Assembly (NCBI GenBank): GCA_964016885.1
Contig: OZ024755.1
Span: 25,110,001-25,174,000 of the forward strand
Length of the DNA stretch: 64,000 bases
Direction of reading: 5' to 3'
Source: Eledone cirrhosa
Lineage: Eukaryota
Shown: in pieces, positions 13,560-28,611 of the stretch
Layout of the letters: every line of letters starts with the position of its first letter
How positions within the stretch are numbered: position 1 is the first letter of the stretch
Notes under the pieces: generated by a model
What the model was told of the DNA's origin: nothing
The model's database searches: none
Seen by the model: only the letters and a program-made list of their open reading frames with translations
Translations under genes and position numbers: made by a program

Positions 13560-14870
13560 CTTGGGATGTGAAAAGTACCAAGATACGATTATGCCAACGC
13601 CTAGTATATATCAGAAAATTGATGGTCTTACAGAGATATTTAAATAAAAATGTAACACAGTATAAACTCCTAAAAGCGTTGCGAAGAAAGGGATTCCAAG
13701 TATTAATATAGCTAATAAAATGTGGGTAGTAAGAAAGAAGAATTTTAGTGTTCCTAGTTAATCGACGCAATGAGTGTTGCCAGCCATATAGATCTCCGCC
13801 GTAATCCAGAAGTATGGGCTTGCTTCCTAAGGGTGGATTACGTAACAAAAATAGGTGGTTGGTTAAATCAATTTACGAATGGAATGTTTCAAAGTAATCT
13901 AGAGTATATGCGTGTCTGTTTTAGCTTTAATATGTCTCCGGGTAAATGTTTATAACTTATGTCAGAAAACTGTGTGATTCCTATTAGGAGCCTCACGTGG
14001 CTCCATGTGTTAAGTAGAGATGGATAGAACGTAAGCTACTTCAGGAGTTGTGCGGTGTTCTACCTAGAATCACAAGAGATGAGGTTACTTTCCATATCGC
14101 TTGAGGAAATTTCCTGTCCTCAGGTGCAAATTACTTTTGGTTCCCCGCTGAGTATCGCAAGATTTTCATTCAGAGACTGCAAATACAGTAACTACATCTG
14201 CCTGGGGGAACATCACGAACATTAGTCCATTCTAAAGAGTAGAGTGTCTGAGCTAAGTTAAGCTTCCAGATCAGCTCCGAAAGCGCCTGCGTTTATCGAT
14301 CCAGATAATAGTGAGGCATGGATTTTGAAGCTAGTCGATGCTACTCCTATGTACCTACACGTCAAGTTGAGGGCAATAACCTTACACAGGTAAACCAGAT
14401 TTTTTCACCAGGCATTCATTCAACTGATCTAATACCAGATTGAGTGGTCGATCTTAGACCTTGGCGCGACTGAAGATTTCAACAATGTTAGAATTATCTT
14501 CAACCAAAGGCTAATAAAAGAATGATGCAATAGATAGGAACTTGCTGCAGAATTTTAACAAATGCAGGTGTTTTGTGGCATCGAGGAATGGAAGACGTAA
14601 GTCCACGTGCCATAGATTGCATAGCAATGTAATAGCTGCATCAGATGGTGTTCTAGGAATGTTATTAAATATTACCTGCATTAGACTAGGAGCCAATCTA
14701 CAAAAACTGGCTAATCTTTTATCCTTCAACGCTGTAGATTCCGGATCTAATCAACAGCTGCTATCCTGGCTAAAGAAAATCAAGATATGAAGCCAATTAT
14801 ATCATTGGCTTTCCACTGCATATCGTTAGCTACGAACATTTAAAATATGGTAATAGTAACTTCCATCGCT
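13560..14870 (-). mobile_element. Possible highly decayed LINE-derived island
   Basis: Complex, coding-like sequence; an LNVRS motif near 14845 resembles an APE endonuclease start; no other firm motif found. Confidence 0.25.
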
Positions 14871-15476
14871 TTTCGTGTATATCGTATCTCTGGGTTATAT
14901 CTTGCCCAGACAATTGTACTCCAGCCTGTGTACAGTTCGGTATGTTTATTTAGTGGATGCAGCATTGTCAAATATTTAATGAATTCACTTCACAATAATT
15001 AGGGCTCCGGGTTTGACCCCACTGCATGGTATCATGGGTAAATGTTATTGACCATAGCCTTGTGTCGACCAGTTCTTTATGTGAAATTGGGTAGAAGGAA
15101 AATCTTTGAAAGCTCGCTAGATGGATTGTATCTGTAAATCATGTCACACGCCGTCACACTGAATCTTCCCGAGAAAAGCTTTTAATGTATCAGATCTTTT
15201 CTCGCCATTTTAAGTGGATAACTATATAATCTATACATCCCTCTCCAGATTTGAACAAAGTTCATTTCTCCTAGAGAAATAATGAGAGAGAGAAAATAAG
15301 GGAAAATTGACCCCAGTACTTGACTGGTATATTTTTATCGACCTCAAAAGGATGAAAAGCAATGATTTCTAAGGTGGGATTTGAACGCCGAAATCAGAAG
15401 CGGACACCGCAAATCATTCTATACGATGTTCTAATGCAGATCTCTGTCTCTCTCACACACACACACATATATTTAT

Positions 15477-15592
<116 letters not shown>

Positions 15593-15609
15593 GATAGATA
15601 AAGAAAGAT

Positions 15610-15690
<81 letters not shown>

Positions 15691-17059
15691 GTGTCTATGC
15701 GCTTATTAGATATTTCATTAATCATAGGTAATTTTGAAAAATTAGCTGAGGATGAGTGTTTGAAATAAACTCGAGGGGAATCCGTGCGATCGATAACCTA
15801 CAGATCAGGTGTCTCTCATTATGAGGCGGAGTAGAAAAACAAACCACATTAAAACAAAAAATTGCAAAGATATACAGAAGTTAGGAAAAGACATTAATAT
15901 TGTGAGGCAAAACTCTTAAGCTTTAGTAATTTACAGTTGAAGTTATTAATTTTATTCTGGCAGATTAACAGGATATACTACGGATACAGCAATTATAATA
16001 TTTTATTGGTGATATCACCGTCACTATATATTTTTTCTTTCCGTGTTATTTTTGTTTAGCTCGAGCTGGGATTTTTTCCTGTTATATATATTTTCATATA
16101 ACTTTTTTTAAGATATCGTTTTTGACGCACATAGTAAGGGGACTCAAGACCGGATTTAATGTGGGGCATAGGATGCAATTTCCCCGGGTAACCTCCAGTG
16201 GGAGACAGGCGCCACCAAAGACCGTAGCAATTTATTTGTGCTCTCAACTAGGCTTTTTAGTTTTAGGATGGATAGAATTTAAGTTTATACCTGTATGTAT
16301 AACTTTTCAATTCCAATTACTTGCGAACTTTGATATTGGTGGAAGGATTTGCTGTGTATGCTAATTTTTTCTGGATGACCTAAAAATCGAACAAACGACC
16401 TCATGATTGTAGTCTAACATGCTAAACATTAGGATGTCGGACTGACGATCAACACTTTTCCAAGTATTCAAATAACGGAAGAGCCTGCTTGTAGAATTTA
16501 CATGCAAGTGTCTGAGCATTCCACAGAAATATGAACCCTTAACGTAGTGCTCAGGGAGATTCAGCTTGAGACAATGTGTGGCATAGCATTTTTGCATCTG
16601 CATTCATTCTTACCATTTTCAATTTTCTTTGCTATTTATAAACACGTTATACTGTGATTTCAACATATGGTTTATACTCTTTCAAACCATATTCCAGTTT
16701 CGCTAATTACAAGGTGCAGCAGACCTTGCTTTACATGCTTTCAGGATGTTCTTATAATAAACAAACCTGTTAAAAAATGTGCAACTCTGAAAAAACAAAT
16801 ATATTTCTGTAAAACAGACGACACCTTAACACTCTAGATACAACTACCCTGAATTTGGCCAAGGTTCTATGATGTGAAGTCGTTTGTTTTAAAGTATTTA
16901 TATATATCTGACAAAATCCTACATTATAATTGTTTGTAAGAATCGTTATGATGTTCCAAATACTAACTTAAAGAGAAAAAGTTAGCTATATTATCAAATC
17001 TTTCCAAATTCTTGATTATTTTGAAAACGACTTGAAAATCATAGTGTCTTTCATTAAAT

Positions 17060-17360
17060 CGTAAGGTGTGAGTTCGATGCCCGGTGGCACGTTGTGTCCT
17101 TGAGCAAGCTACTTTATTTCACGTTACTCCAGTCCACTCAGCTGACAAAAGTGAGTTGTACTTGTAATTCGTGTGAGCAGCTATGTCACACATTCTGTGT
17201 CAAACTGAATCTCAAGAGACGTATTACCGGGGTAGGAGGAAACAGGAGGAGGAGGTATGTTAAGAAGACACAGGGAGGGAAAAAGAAGCTATGCGTGTCT
17301 ATGGAATACTCAGCCACTTACAGTTAATTTCAGGAGCAGGCTGTTCCATTGATCATATCA
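17060..17360 (+). mobile_element. CORE-like SINE (older subfamily)
   Basis: GAGTTCGATGCC B-box, then GTCCTTGAGCAAG.TACTTTATTTCACGTT. Confidence 0.75.
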
Positions 17361-17515
17361 ACTATGTGCCAGTTTTTCATATATATATGATAAATATATA
17401 TTTATCACAACGTATAAACACTAGGAAGACAAATGTTACGTTTGTTCTTAGTCTCTCACACACACACGACCATAGCAGTAAAAATATATATTTGTATGTC
17501 GTCTGTATGCATATA

Positions 17516-17548
<33 letters not shown>

Positions 17549-17549
<1 letters not shown>

Positions 17550-17930
17550 ACAAAGGAAATGTGGTAAGGAACCAGGTGGACCATAACGCACCAAAGTACT
17601 CAATACTTAGGGTAGTAGAGTGGGTAATACTACCCGTACATCATAAACTCACATATATACATATATATATATAGTAATAATAATAAATTTGAAGACTAAA
17701 ATCCAAAGAGGGCTCGATAAGGATAAAAATATATCAAATATATAAGAACCGTATGGCAAATATTTATTATGCATGTGTGTGTGTATATATATATATATAT
17801 ATAGGAACGAGTAGGACCCCGACGGCTGAGCTCAAGCCGTTTCGACGGCTAATTCTGGACTAAAATTATTTTAGTCCAGAATTAGCCGTCGAAACGGCTT
17901 GAGCTCAGCCGTCGGGGTCCTCCTCGTTCC

Positions 17931-17964
<34 letters not shown>

Positions 17965-18110
17965 TGCATAATAAATATTTGCCATACGGTTCTTATATAT
18001 TTGATATATATTTATCCTTATCGAGCCCTCTTTGGATTTTAGTCTTCAAATTTATTATTATTACTATATATATATATGTATATATGTGAGTTTATGATGT
18101 ACGGGTAGTA
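17549..18110. mobile_element. Family A mini-PLE whose palindrome was extended by an inverted copy of flanking DNA
   Basis: Tail 17549-17629; arms 17628-~17865 and ~17870-18110; element core 17811-17933. Confidence 0.85.
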
Positions 18111-18800
18111 AATATTCTACATGCTGTGATATTAATAAAGTCAACTATATCATGGCAGGGTCTTATCATAATATAGGAATCTTCAACTGTGTGTGTATGT
18201 AATTGTGTGTGAACATATGTATGTAATTGCGGGTGTATATGTATATTGCGGGTGTATATGTATATGTAATTGCGTATGAAGAAGTGTATGTGTATGTTTT
18301 TGTGAGCAAGTTTGATATATAAATGCTTGTAAATACTGAAATTTCTCAACATACATATGCTTGTATTATATATATATATATATATGTGTGTGTGTATGTA
18401 TATATATGTATGTATGAATATATATGTATATATGTGTATGAATATATATATATATGTGCATATATATATGTATGAATATATATGTATATGAATATATATA
18501 TATGTGCATATATATATGTATATATGTGCATATATATATATGTATATATGTGCATATATATATATATATATATGTATATATGTGCATATATATATATATA
18601 TATGTATATATGTGCATATATATATGTATATATGTGCATATATATATATATGTATATATATGTGCATATATATATATATGTGCATATGTGTGTGTGTGTG
18701 TAACGATACAAGTAATCCCTTCTAACCATCTGTTTAACCTAACAGTAATTGAACAACGTTGAAAAGAAAACAACTATGCACGAATTACACACACACACGC

Positions 18801-18831
<31 letters not shown>

Positions 18832-18933
18832 TTCATTATGGCTAAGTGATAAGATGTTTTACTCAGGAGTTTCACCTCTATACTCAGAGGAACAGCAGAC
18901 ACGAATGATCATCCCGTCATTGAGCTAATACAA

Positions 18934-19016
18934 GTCTGCTGAGCTTTTGATTCCACAGTTGGGCCGGATCAATACAGATCAAACCTTGAGCTGATCTATC
19001 GCGAAACGCGCGTCAC
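18934..19016 (+). ncRNA. Hammerhead-like motif with long stem II and CGCGCG stem III (A6C decay)
   Basis: gt-CTGCTGA-gc...60 nt...gc-GAAA-cgcgcg-TC-ac; relatives at 24880-24953, 38772-38833 and ~12460. Confidence 0.6.
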
Positions 19017-19232
19017 GTAATGAAAATTTAACACCTCGCCCATATTATCATTATGTTACACTCTGCTTAGTAAAACCCCTAAGGATATACTGGAGACTAC
19101 GTATCGAGTGCTCACTTTAGTGAAACTACAGTAACTTGAAATTACAATCCCTATATACATCATACCCTGCTCCGTAGGAGCATAGAGTGCCCAACCGGCA
19201 TACCGCCTATGGACGCATCCTAGCAACCATAC

Positions 19233-19282
<50 letters not shown>

Positions 19283-19458
19283 TACATATATATATTACAT
19301 TCAAAGTTATGGATGTCATCATTGAGATTTATATCTCGAACATGTGTCCCAAAATCGGCGCATAGAAAAAATTCAAAGAATAAATCCTAATATATATATA
19401 TATATATATATATATACGATATTAAATAAATGGAAACTATATTTATAAAACCATATTT

Positions 19459-19522
19459 ATTTCATTATATATATTTCAGGGATATCATATTAAAAATATG
19501 TTATGCCTTCTTCAGACAAAAT
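19459..19522 (-). ncRNA. Type I hammerhead (mirror copy)
   Basis: Reverse complement of 19661-19724. Confidence 0.75.
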
Positions 19523-19660
19523 ACAATATAAACAGTCTTATAAATAGATAGATTCGACATACCTTTCAACTTCGACTTCTATTTGAAAAGTTGATTTCAA
19601 ATAGAAGTCGAAGTTGAAAGGTATGTCGAATCTATCTATTTATAAGACTGTTTATATTGT

Positions 19661-19724
19661 ATTTTGTCTGAAGAAGGCATAACATATTTTTAATATGATA
19701 TCCCTGAAATATATATAATGAAAT
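19661..19724 (+). ncRNA. Type I hammerhead ribozyme
   Basis: attttgt-CTGAAGA-aggcataacatat...atatgatatccct-GAAA-tatata-TA-atgaaat. Confidence 0.75.
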
Positions 19725-19852
19725 AAATATGGTTTTATAAATATAGTTTCCATTTATTTAATATCGTAAATATACTCCAAATACTTGTTGAGTGCTTTTA
19801 TATCAGTTATAAATATTTACTCGTTGTTAACCCAACAATTTAAATAAAACTT

Positions 19853-19889
<37 letters not shown>

Positions 19890-20288
19890 TGGTAATATAT
19901 ATATATATATATATATATGCTGGTAAATGCGCAAAATATTAGAACTCAATTTGATGAAGTAAATAATTTTTTTTTCTTCAAAATCTTGTCTTAAACAATC
20001 GAAACCTCTAAAATATTTGATAAAACGTAATTCTCCTTTTTACACCACATATTGTAATAAATATTTGATTTGTGTGATTTTTGTTTATAAAATACACATT
20101 TGTGCATTGCTACATTTATTTTACATACACACACACACACATATATATATATATGTATGTGAATTTCGTATATCTAAAGATATATGGTATGTTTAATAAA
20201 TAAACATTTTGAAAGCCCAGCTATAAATGATGAAAGGCTGATAGCCAGGACCGTCTAGCAGATTCCAGCAGAAGCAGGGAGTGATATC

Positions 20289-20328
20289 TGTCTATGCCCA
20301 TTTCGAGCTAATGGCCCTCATCGGGACA
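20289..20328 (-). ncRNA. Type I hammerhead (U4C variant)
   Basis: tgtc-CCGATGA-gggccattagctc-GAAA-tgggca-TA-gaca. Confidence 0.65.
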
Positions 20329-20719
20329 TGGCTTCCCTGCTGCTTTTACACAAACTTCCAGCGGACACCGTCCATTATAACATTTGTGTCCTTTTGCTAG
20401 AAACCATTTTGATCGTTTTGGAATCCTTAAATTTAAGGCAGTAACATTAACATAGCAACGTCACATCATCATCATATATAATATATATATATATATATAT
20501 ATAAGAAATTGGGGCCCAGAACCTAACGAAATTGAGTACCTGTTTATGTCACTGTTGCAATTATTTATACTAAACTCGTCCTATGGACTGAGTGCTCTTA
20601 CTCTTGGATATTTCCACTCAACCTTTACTTCACTATATATATTATATATTGATTTAAAATATGTTGATTTAAAACTTCACTCTTCACAAGTGTTTTTTAA
20701 GCTTCATATCATGTCTCCC

Positions 20720-20790
20720 TATTTTATCTGATGAGAACGCAGATATCATCCCATGATGATATTTGTTTTTGAAATGCGCATAATAAAATA
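20720..20790 (+). ncRNA. Type I hammerhead ribozyme with intact core
   Basis: tattttat-CTGATGA-gaacgcagatatcatc..gatgatatttgttttt-GAAA-tgcgca-TA-ataaaata; palindromic stem III. Confidence 0.85.
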
Positions 20791-20836
20791 CTTGGAACTC
20801 TTTTAACCATCTTTTGATCTTATATATATACAATAT

Positions 20837-20950
20837 AACGAAGGAAGTGTTGTAAGGAACCAGGTGGACCATAACACACCAGAGTACTCGATACTTAGGG
20901 TAGTAGAGTGGGTAATAGGAAAAGAGTCAGGACCCCGGGTCCTGACTCTC
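20837..20950 (-). mobile_element. Family A mini-PLE (very short fold-back)
   Basis: Tail + agagtcaggacccc/gggtcctgactct. Confidence 0.75.
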
Positions 20951-21151
20951 TGACTCTTTTTCTCTCTATATATATCTATATTTGTGACACTTCTCGTTTT
21001 TCACTTCTAAGTAAAAAGAAAACAACGATATTTTATATAGCAGTTTTTTGACACACACACAAACAACAAATATATCTTGTCTTTTACATTTGACTGTTCC
21101 CTCTTCTCTCTCTGTCTGCATATATATACACACACACACACACATATATAT

Positions 21152-21204
<53 letters not shown>

Positions 21205-21268
21205 TATATATATACACACACATATATATATATATACACACACACATATAGACACACACAAACTCACG

Positions 21269-21310
<42 letters not shown>

Positions 21311-21355
21311 CACATATATATATACACACATATAGACACACACAAACTCACGCAC

Positions 21356-21398
<43 letters not shown>

Positions 21399-21913
21399 AA
21401 CTCACGCACACACACACACATATATATATATATACGAGTATATATCATACTATCTTCTTTCTCCGTATTTCGTTTGTTCATTTATTATTTTTCATACTTA
21501 TCTTTGTATATATTTCTCCTGTCTCTCTACTTTATTTCGGTCTCCTGTGCTAAACAGCTTTACACAAGAGTATGCTATGCCCCACTGGTCACGTCAGGTG
21601 CCTGCCCAATATTCTCTACGTTCTACAGCTGTTTAACAGTTGCTCATATTTGATGAGGTTTTAGGCAATTTCTTCAACATTTTTTGCTTGTTTTCTTGTG
21701 TTTATCTCTGTAACTATGTATGCTGGTGAATACGTATGTGTGTGTATGTGTATGAAAAACAACAGCAACAACGAATGATTTGTTATGTGTGTTGTGGTGT
21801 AGGTGTTGTGCAATTATTTTCGAGTCTTTTACTCTCTCGTTTTGGCTTGCTATTGTTTTAAACACTACGGAACCGTCATACCGTCTCATTATTTATTTAT
21901 ATATAGATTTACT

Positions 21914-21914
<1 letters not shown>

Positions 21915-21973
<59 letters not shown>

Positions 21974-22070
21974 GCATATATATATGTATATACATATATA
22001 TATATATGTATATACATATGTATATGCATATATATATGTATATACATATATATATATATGTATATACATA

Positions 22071-22111
<41 letters not shown>

Positions 22112-22213
22112 GTGTATATACATATATATACGTGTATATACATATACATATCTATACATATACTTATAGCTAAATATATATATAAACACACTCCACACAC
22201 ACACACTTACATT

Positions 22214-22250
<37 letters not shown>

Positions 22251-23086
22251 ATACACATTTATGGATATTCTTATGTATACATACATATACATATGTATAC
22301 ATATATATATACAAACATACATACATACATACATACATACATACATACATTTATATACCTATGTATACATATATGTATACATACATATATACATATGTAT
22401 ACATACATATATACATATGTATACATACATATATACGTATGTATACATACATATATACATATTTATACAGATATATATACATATGTATACATATATATAT
22501 ACATATACATATGTATACATATACATATGTATACATATACATATGTATACATACACATATGTATACATACATATACATATGTATACATATATATATATAC
22601 ATATATATATATACATATACATATGTATACATATATATATATACATATACATATACATATATATACATATATATATATACATATACATATATATACATAC
22701 ATATACATATGTATACATATATATATACATATACATATGTATACATACATATACATATGTATACATATATATATATACATATACATATGTATACATACAT
22801 ATACATATGTATACATATATATATACATATACATATGTATACATATATATATACATATACATATGTATACATATATATAGACATATATATATATATATAC
22901 ATATACATATACATATGTATACATATATATAGACATATATATATATATACATATATATACATACATACATATACATATGTATACATATACATATGTATAC
23001 ATATATATATATATATACATATACACATATATATATACACATATACACATATATATATACACATACACATATATATATACACATAT
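21915..23086. repeat. Degenerate (TA)/(CATATA) microsatellite
   Basis: Direct inspection. Confidence 0.9.
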
Positions 23087-23647
23087 GGTGGCTGCCAACT
23101 CGTTTTCGAGTACAGCCACCACTTTATATCCATGTAGGAGGACCCTACCGATGCACTCTGGCACAAACACTACACTTGTGACAATTATTGACACAGTGCT
23201 GGGCCCATAGTACCATGTGACAACAAGTGCAGAGAGATCTCCAGATATAAAGCAATGCCTGTGCCGTGAAGCTTTTATAGTGAGCAAAGGCACTGCACAA
23301 AGCCAGTCCCACTCTCTTAACCAAGATGATATTTACCAAAAAGAAGAACAAGTCAACATCATTGGATACCATCAGAGTTGCAGGTGTTATATCAGAGTTT
23401 TCCATCTCCTAGAATTCTGCCTTGACAAAGGCTAAGGGGTCATCTCTCCCGGTGATTTTGGATGGCCATTGACTCTTAAGAGCTCCTTTGCCCTTTGACA
23501 GGTTTTGTTTTTAGTCCTGCAGGATGTCCAAAGTCACCCTCCTCACCAAGAAACCTTGGTGGGGTTGCCAGTTTAGTCGCCAACGACCCGACCATGAGAC
23601 AGGTTGTACTGGGATACATGTTACCAGTAGCACCAACTGGTGACCTG

Positions 23648-23693
23648 ACATATACACATATACATATATATATATACACATATATACATATAC

Positions 23694-23727
<34 letters not shown>

Positions 23728-23779
23728 ATACATATACATATATATATACATATACATATATATATACATATACATATAC

Positions 23780-23810
<31 letters not shown>

Positions 23811-23873
23811 CATATATACATATACATATATACATATATATATACATATACATATATATATATATACATATAC

Positions 23874-23950
<77 letters not shown>

Positions 23951-24005
23951 CATATAAATATATATATATATACATATATACATATACATATATATATACA
24001 TATAC

Positions 24006-24038
<33 letters not shown>

Positions 24039-24694
24039 CATATAAATATATACATATAAATATATACATATATATATATATACATATACATATATACATA
24101 TATATATATACATATACATATATACATATATATATATACATATACATATATACATATATATATATACATATACATATATACATATATATATATACATATA
24201 CATATATACATATATATATATACATATACATATATACATATACATATATATATATACATATATATATATACATATATACATATATATATATACATATACA
24301 TATATACATGTATATATACACATATATATATACATGTATATATACACATATATATACACATATACATATACACATGTATATATACACATATATATACACA
24401 TATATATACACATATACATATACACATATATATATATACACATACATATATATATACATACATACACACATATATACACATACACACATATATACACATA
24501 TATACATACACATATATACACATACACACACATATATATACACATATATACACATACATATACACATATATATATATATACATATACATATATATATACT
24601 CATATACATATATACATTTATATACATATATACATATATATACTCATATACATATATATACACATATACACATATATACATATATATACATATA
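23648..24694. repeat. ~1 kb (CATATA)n microsatellite
   Basis: Direct inspection. Confidence 0.9.
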
Positions 24695-25245
24695 GCCTAC
24701 AAACATAGGACCATCACAACCAAAGTAAATGGGACCTGGGTATTGACAGGAACAATGATGCATGGTTCCATGCACATGTCACCAAAACGACGGTAATGTG
24801 CAGCAAGAGATCCGGCAACCATGCTGGTCCTCTGGAGGACTTTCGCTCTCATCCGACTGGACTCATTAAACTTGTGCTAGCTTTTGATATCAGAGTCGGG
24901 CCCGATCGATAGAGATCAAACCTCGAGCTGATCAATCGCGAAACGCGCGTCACACTTTAAATAAACTTAATGAAAAGTAATGAAAATGAGGTTGTGATTC
25001 GATTCTCGGACCGAGCTTTGCATTATATTCTTTAGCAAGATACTTTAATTCTTGTTGCTCCAGTTCACTCAGATATAGAAATAAGTTACAACGTCACTGG
25101 TGTCAAGCTATATCGGCCTTTGACTTACCCTTGGACAACATCGGTGGCGTGGATAGGGGAAGACTGGTATACATATATAAAGATGCATACACATATATAT
25201 CTACACACATATATACACTTATGTGTGTGAGTGTGTATACATGTG

Positions 25246-25283
<38 letters not shown>

Positions 25284-25399
25284 ACTGTATATATGTGTGC
25301 GCATGCATATTTTTTGTATATACAATCACACAGGCACTCTCACTCGTGTGTGTGTGTGAGAGAGTGGGAGAGAGAGAAGGAGAGAAGGAGAGAGAGAGA

Positions 25400-25466
<67 letters not shown>

Positions 25467-27809
25467 GATATAGTTATTTTGAAAATATTTTGCCACCGTC
25501 TTTATCTTATGAAAGCAACAAAGCAACATATATTGTAATTGCCGAAGAGCAAAGAAAAGTATTTTTGTAAAGTAAGTAAGTCCAGGCTTCTTACTACATA
25601 TACTTACTCCTCATTTATTTTGGTAATACCCTCTACTGTTAACTGAAGCTTTTATATTTTATTTCAGTATTGTTTGTAGTTTTGTTTCCGGTGCCAATTT
25701 TAAGATATTGCTATGGCTTGGCAAATTACCGACTAGATAAGTTCAATTCGCTTAAAAACCTATCTCCGTCATGCCAAAACAAAAAGAAATGGTGTAGAAA
25801 ACACATACAAATATCAAAAAGAATACGTAAAAGATAGAAATCGTTTTGAAAATTCCACGTTTTGCTATATCCTCACTTAGCTAAATCCAAGTAAAGGAGA
25901 CAAGAGTTAGATGAGTCTAAGGAAACTTTTCACCAGTTTCTCCATTGCCGATTCTGTCTGTTGGTCTCAACTCTTAGCAAAAGACAGGAGGTAATCATCA
26001 AATTGGATACTATCTGCTGATGGCAGCTCTTTGCGGGATGAGGTGAGATTCGAACTCAGAACACCCAGAGAGCTGGATCAGATATCAAGAAGAATACAGT
26101 CCGGCTTTTGATAACCCCCCCCCCCCTCCCCCCAATCAAACACCCCTTGACTGGTATTTTATCGATCTCGAAAAGATGAAAAGCATAGTTGAAAATTGAC
26201 GGGATTTGAACTAAGAACACCTGAGCACTCTACATAATTTCATTATATTATCATTATATTAACACAGAAAGCCGAAACAAATACCGAGTAGTATTTCAGC
26301 CGACTCTCTAATGACTTTGCCAATTTGTCGCATGAAGCAGTGTATTAACCAAATTAGTTGTTATACTTGAAGTGACAAGCAACAGTACACGCTCGCATGA
26401 ACGAATCCGTTTACTCGTATGCAACGTAAACGGATGTGTAAGTTACAAATTGTATCATTCTAACACTCATCTTTAGCCCCTTTTTGATGAAAGATATAAT
26501 CTGAAACGTCAATTTAATGGATTTTCCTCGCCGCGCAAAATTGTTGGCCTTGTGTCTTAATCATAAATCAATATTAGTGGTGTTGGATATATATCCTCAT
26601 CGATTTCAACGATGTGTATTTAATCGTTAGATCAAATGAACATCCAGCTTGAACGAGAGTGAATCACTTTGACACAATATGTGACAAAACTGGATCTTAC
26701 AGGTACAGTCTATCTGACGGACTTCCATACAGTTTCCGTTTACCAAATGGTGATATCATGTAAGTGAACTGCCACACCATGCAAGAATAATTATTGATGT
26801 TTATGAACAATATTTTGTTTAAAGAAACATTTTGTTCAATCTTTCAGTATCATTCCTCTGTTCAAATACTATATAATTTTAAAATTATTTTGAAAATCAA
26901 GAATTTCCAAAAATGTAATCCTCTATTTAACTTTCTCATTATCAAGTTAATGTTAGGAACTTAATGTAAATCTTCTAACATGAAATTATGATGGAAGGTT
27001 TTTTTTAAATATAAAAGTTAACCCCCCCCCCCCCCTCTGGCATGAGTAACCATGGGTTTACACTTGGAAAATTCCACTCCAGCGTGTACACACGGTGAAG
27101 GTGTTTAATGAAAAAGTAACATTCACCCACCAGAAACGCCTCAACTATTCATGCCACCGATGTTCTCCAAGAGGAAGACAACATTTTGGCACCAGTTTCA
27201 CGGAAAATCATTTTATTTCGGGTTGCTCTAATTCACGCAGCTGAAGAAAATGATTTTCCGTGAATTAGAGCAACCCGAAATAAAATATCTTAATGAAGGA
27301 CACAGTGGTCTGGAACAATGTGAAAAAATAGTATCTTTCTCAACGATACAATAAGCCAGCAGGCCTGGGAAACGAACTTATGACCTTCACATCATGATCC
27401 AGACATCATAACGTTTTAAAATAAACTGCTTTATATTATAGAACTAGGTACGGTTTCAGTCAGTTTGGTACCAAAAGACTTTAAGCAGTCAATGCATTAT
27501 GGTTAAATCTGGGGGTTGGTAAGGATTTTACAACTGATGAAAGAGATCATTGAAGTCGTTATCTGTAATGTTTCTAGAGAAGTAACTATCTATATTAAGA
27601 ATTATTAAACGAGGGGGTTATTTATTTAGTAATTTATAATAAATCTAAATTAAATTGATAAATTAAATTAATGAAATTAAGCTGTCGGCAGTGCAAGTGA
27701 TACATTTATTAAGGATATTTACTACTTGGTATCGTTAACAAGGGCTAAATGTCAATTAACTTGGATATATTTTTGTAATGCCTTGGCTTCAGCATTTAGC
27801 AGCCAGATG

Positions 27810-28305
27810 AAGGGAGATAGATGTAAAAACCAAACTCGCTTTCTTGAATGTGGCATTCGTGCCAACCCTTACCTATGGTCATGAATCTTGGGTACAGACC
27901 GAAAGAATACGATCGCAAATACAAGCGGCCAAAACGGGGTTCCCGCGGATGGACTTTGAATTAACGTTGCTCGATAGAGTGCGTAATTCGGAGATCAAAG
28001 TATCGATTTATATAAAGCCACTACTTCCCCAAATTGAGATATCACAGTTCCGATATTATGGACATGAGGTTAGAATATCTCAGGAAAGAATTACAGGACG
28101 GAGTTTACCGGCAAAAATCAACCGGCAGGAGACTTTGGGGTAGACCCCGAGCAAGATGATTGGATAACATCCATGAGCTCAGCTGGCCTCGCTTGGGGAT
28201 TCAGCAGGATCAGTTGGAGTGGGTTACGGCTGAAAGGACCCGCTGAAAGGAGGGTTTGAGAAGTCTGGCCCCTCGACTTTCTCAGAAATAAATGGGTGCA
28301 GAAGA
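27810..28305 (+). mobile_element. RTE LINE 3' fragment
   Basis: PTLTYGHESWVQTERIRSQIQAA...LLDRVRNSEI...RYYGHEVRISQER. Confidence 0.9.
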
Positions 28306-28350
28306 TGTTTTTGTAAGGAATCCTGAGTTTTTCCGTCATTTCGCCATGGT

Positions 28351-28611
28351 TGTAAAAGAAGGGGCTTAATCTTGAAGAGAACGGGCGGGTAGCGGTTTTA
28401 GTAACTGATATAGTTAAGAAAAAAATTGGATATATATATACACAAATTTTTTCTTAGCTATATCAGTTACTAAAACCACTATCCGAAAGAGAAAATGTAT
28501 ATATATATATATATACACACACACATATACACATTTTTTTCTCAACTATATCAGTTACTAATACAACTACCCGCCCATTCTCTTCTCTCCTAGATTAAGC
28601 CACTTTTTACA
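28351..28611. repeat. Imperfect fold-back element with a duplicated inverted arm
   Basis: ttagtaactgatatagtt at ~28400 is mirrored at ~28460 and ~28545; outer arms ggcttaatct...gggcgggtag. Confidence 0.65.

Larger units (their letters stand above)
19415..19857 (+). mobile_element. PLE-derived fold-back element: ~175-bp perfect arms (19415-19768) + tail
   Basis: Exact inverted repeat with a 6-nt loop at 19589-19594; (TA)n on both sides; relatives at ~29260-29322, ~37960-38175 and 55738-56200. Confidence 0.85.

Noticed and set aside
24825-24860. Minus-strand CGGATGAgagcGAAA hammerhead-like string
   Set aside because: Core mutated, and neither stem II nor stem I can form
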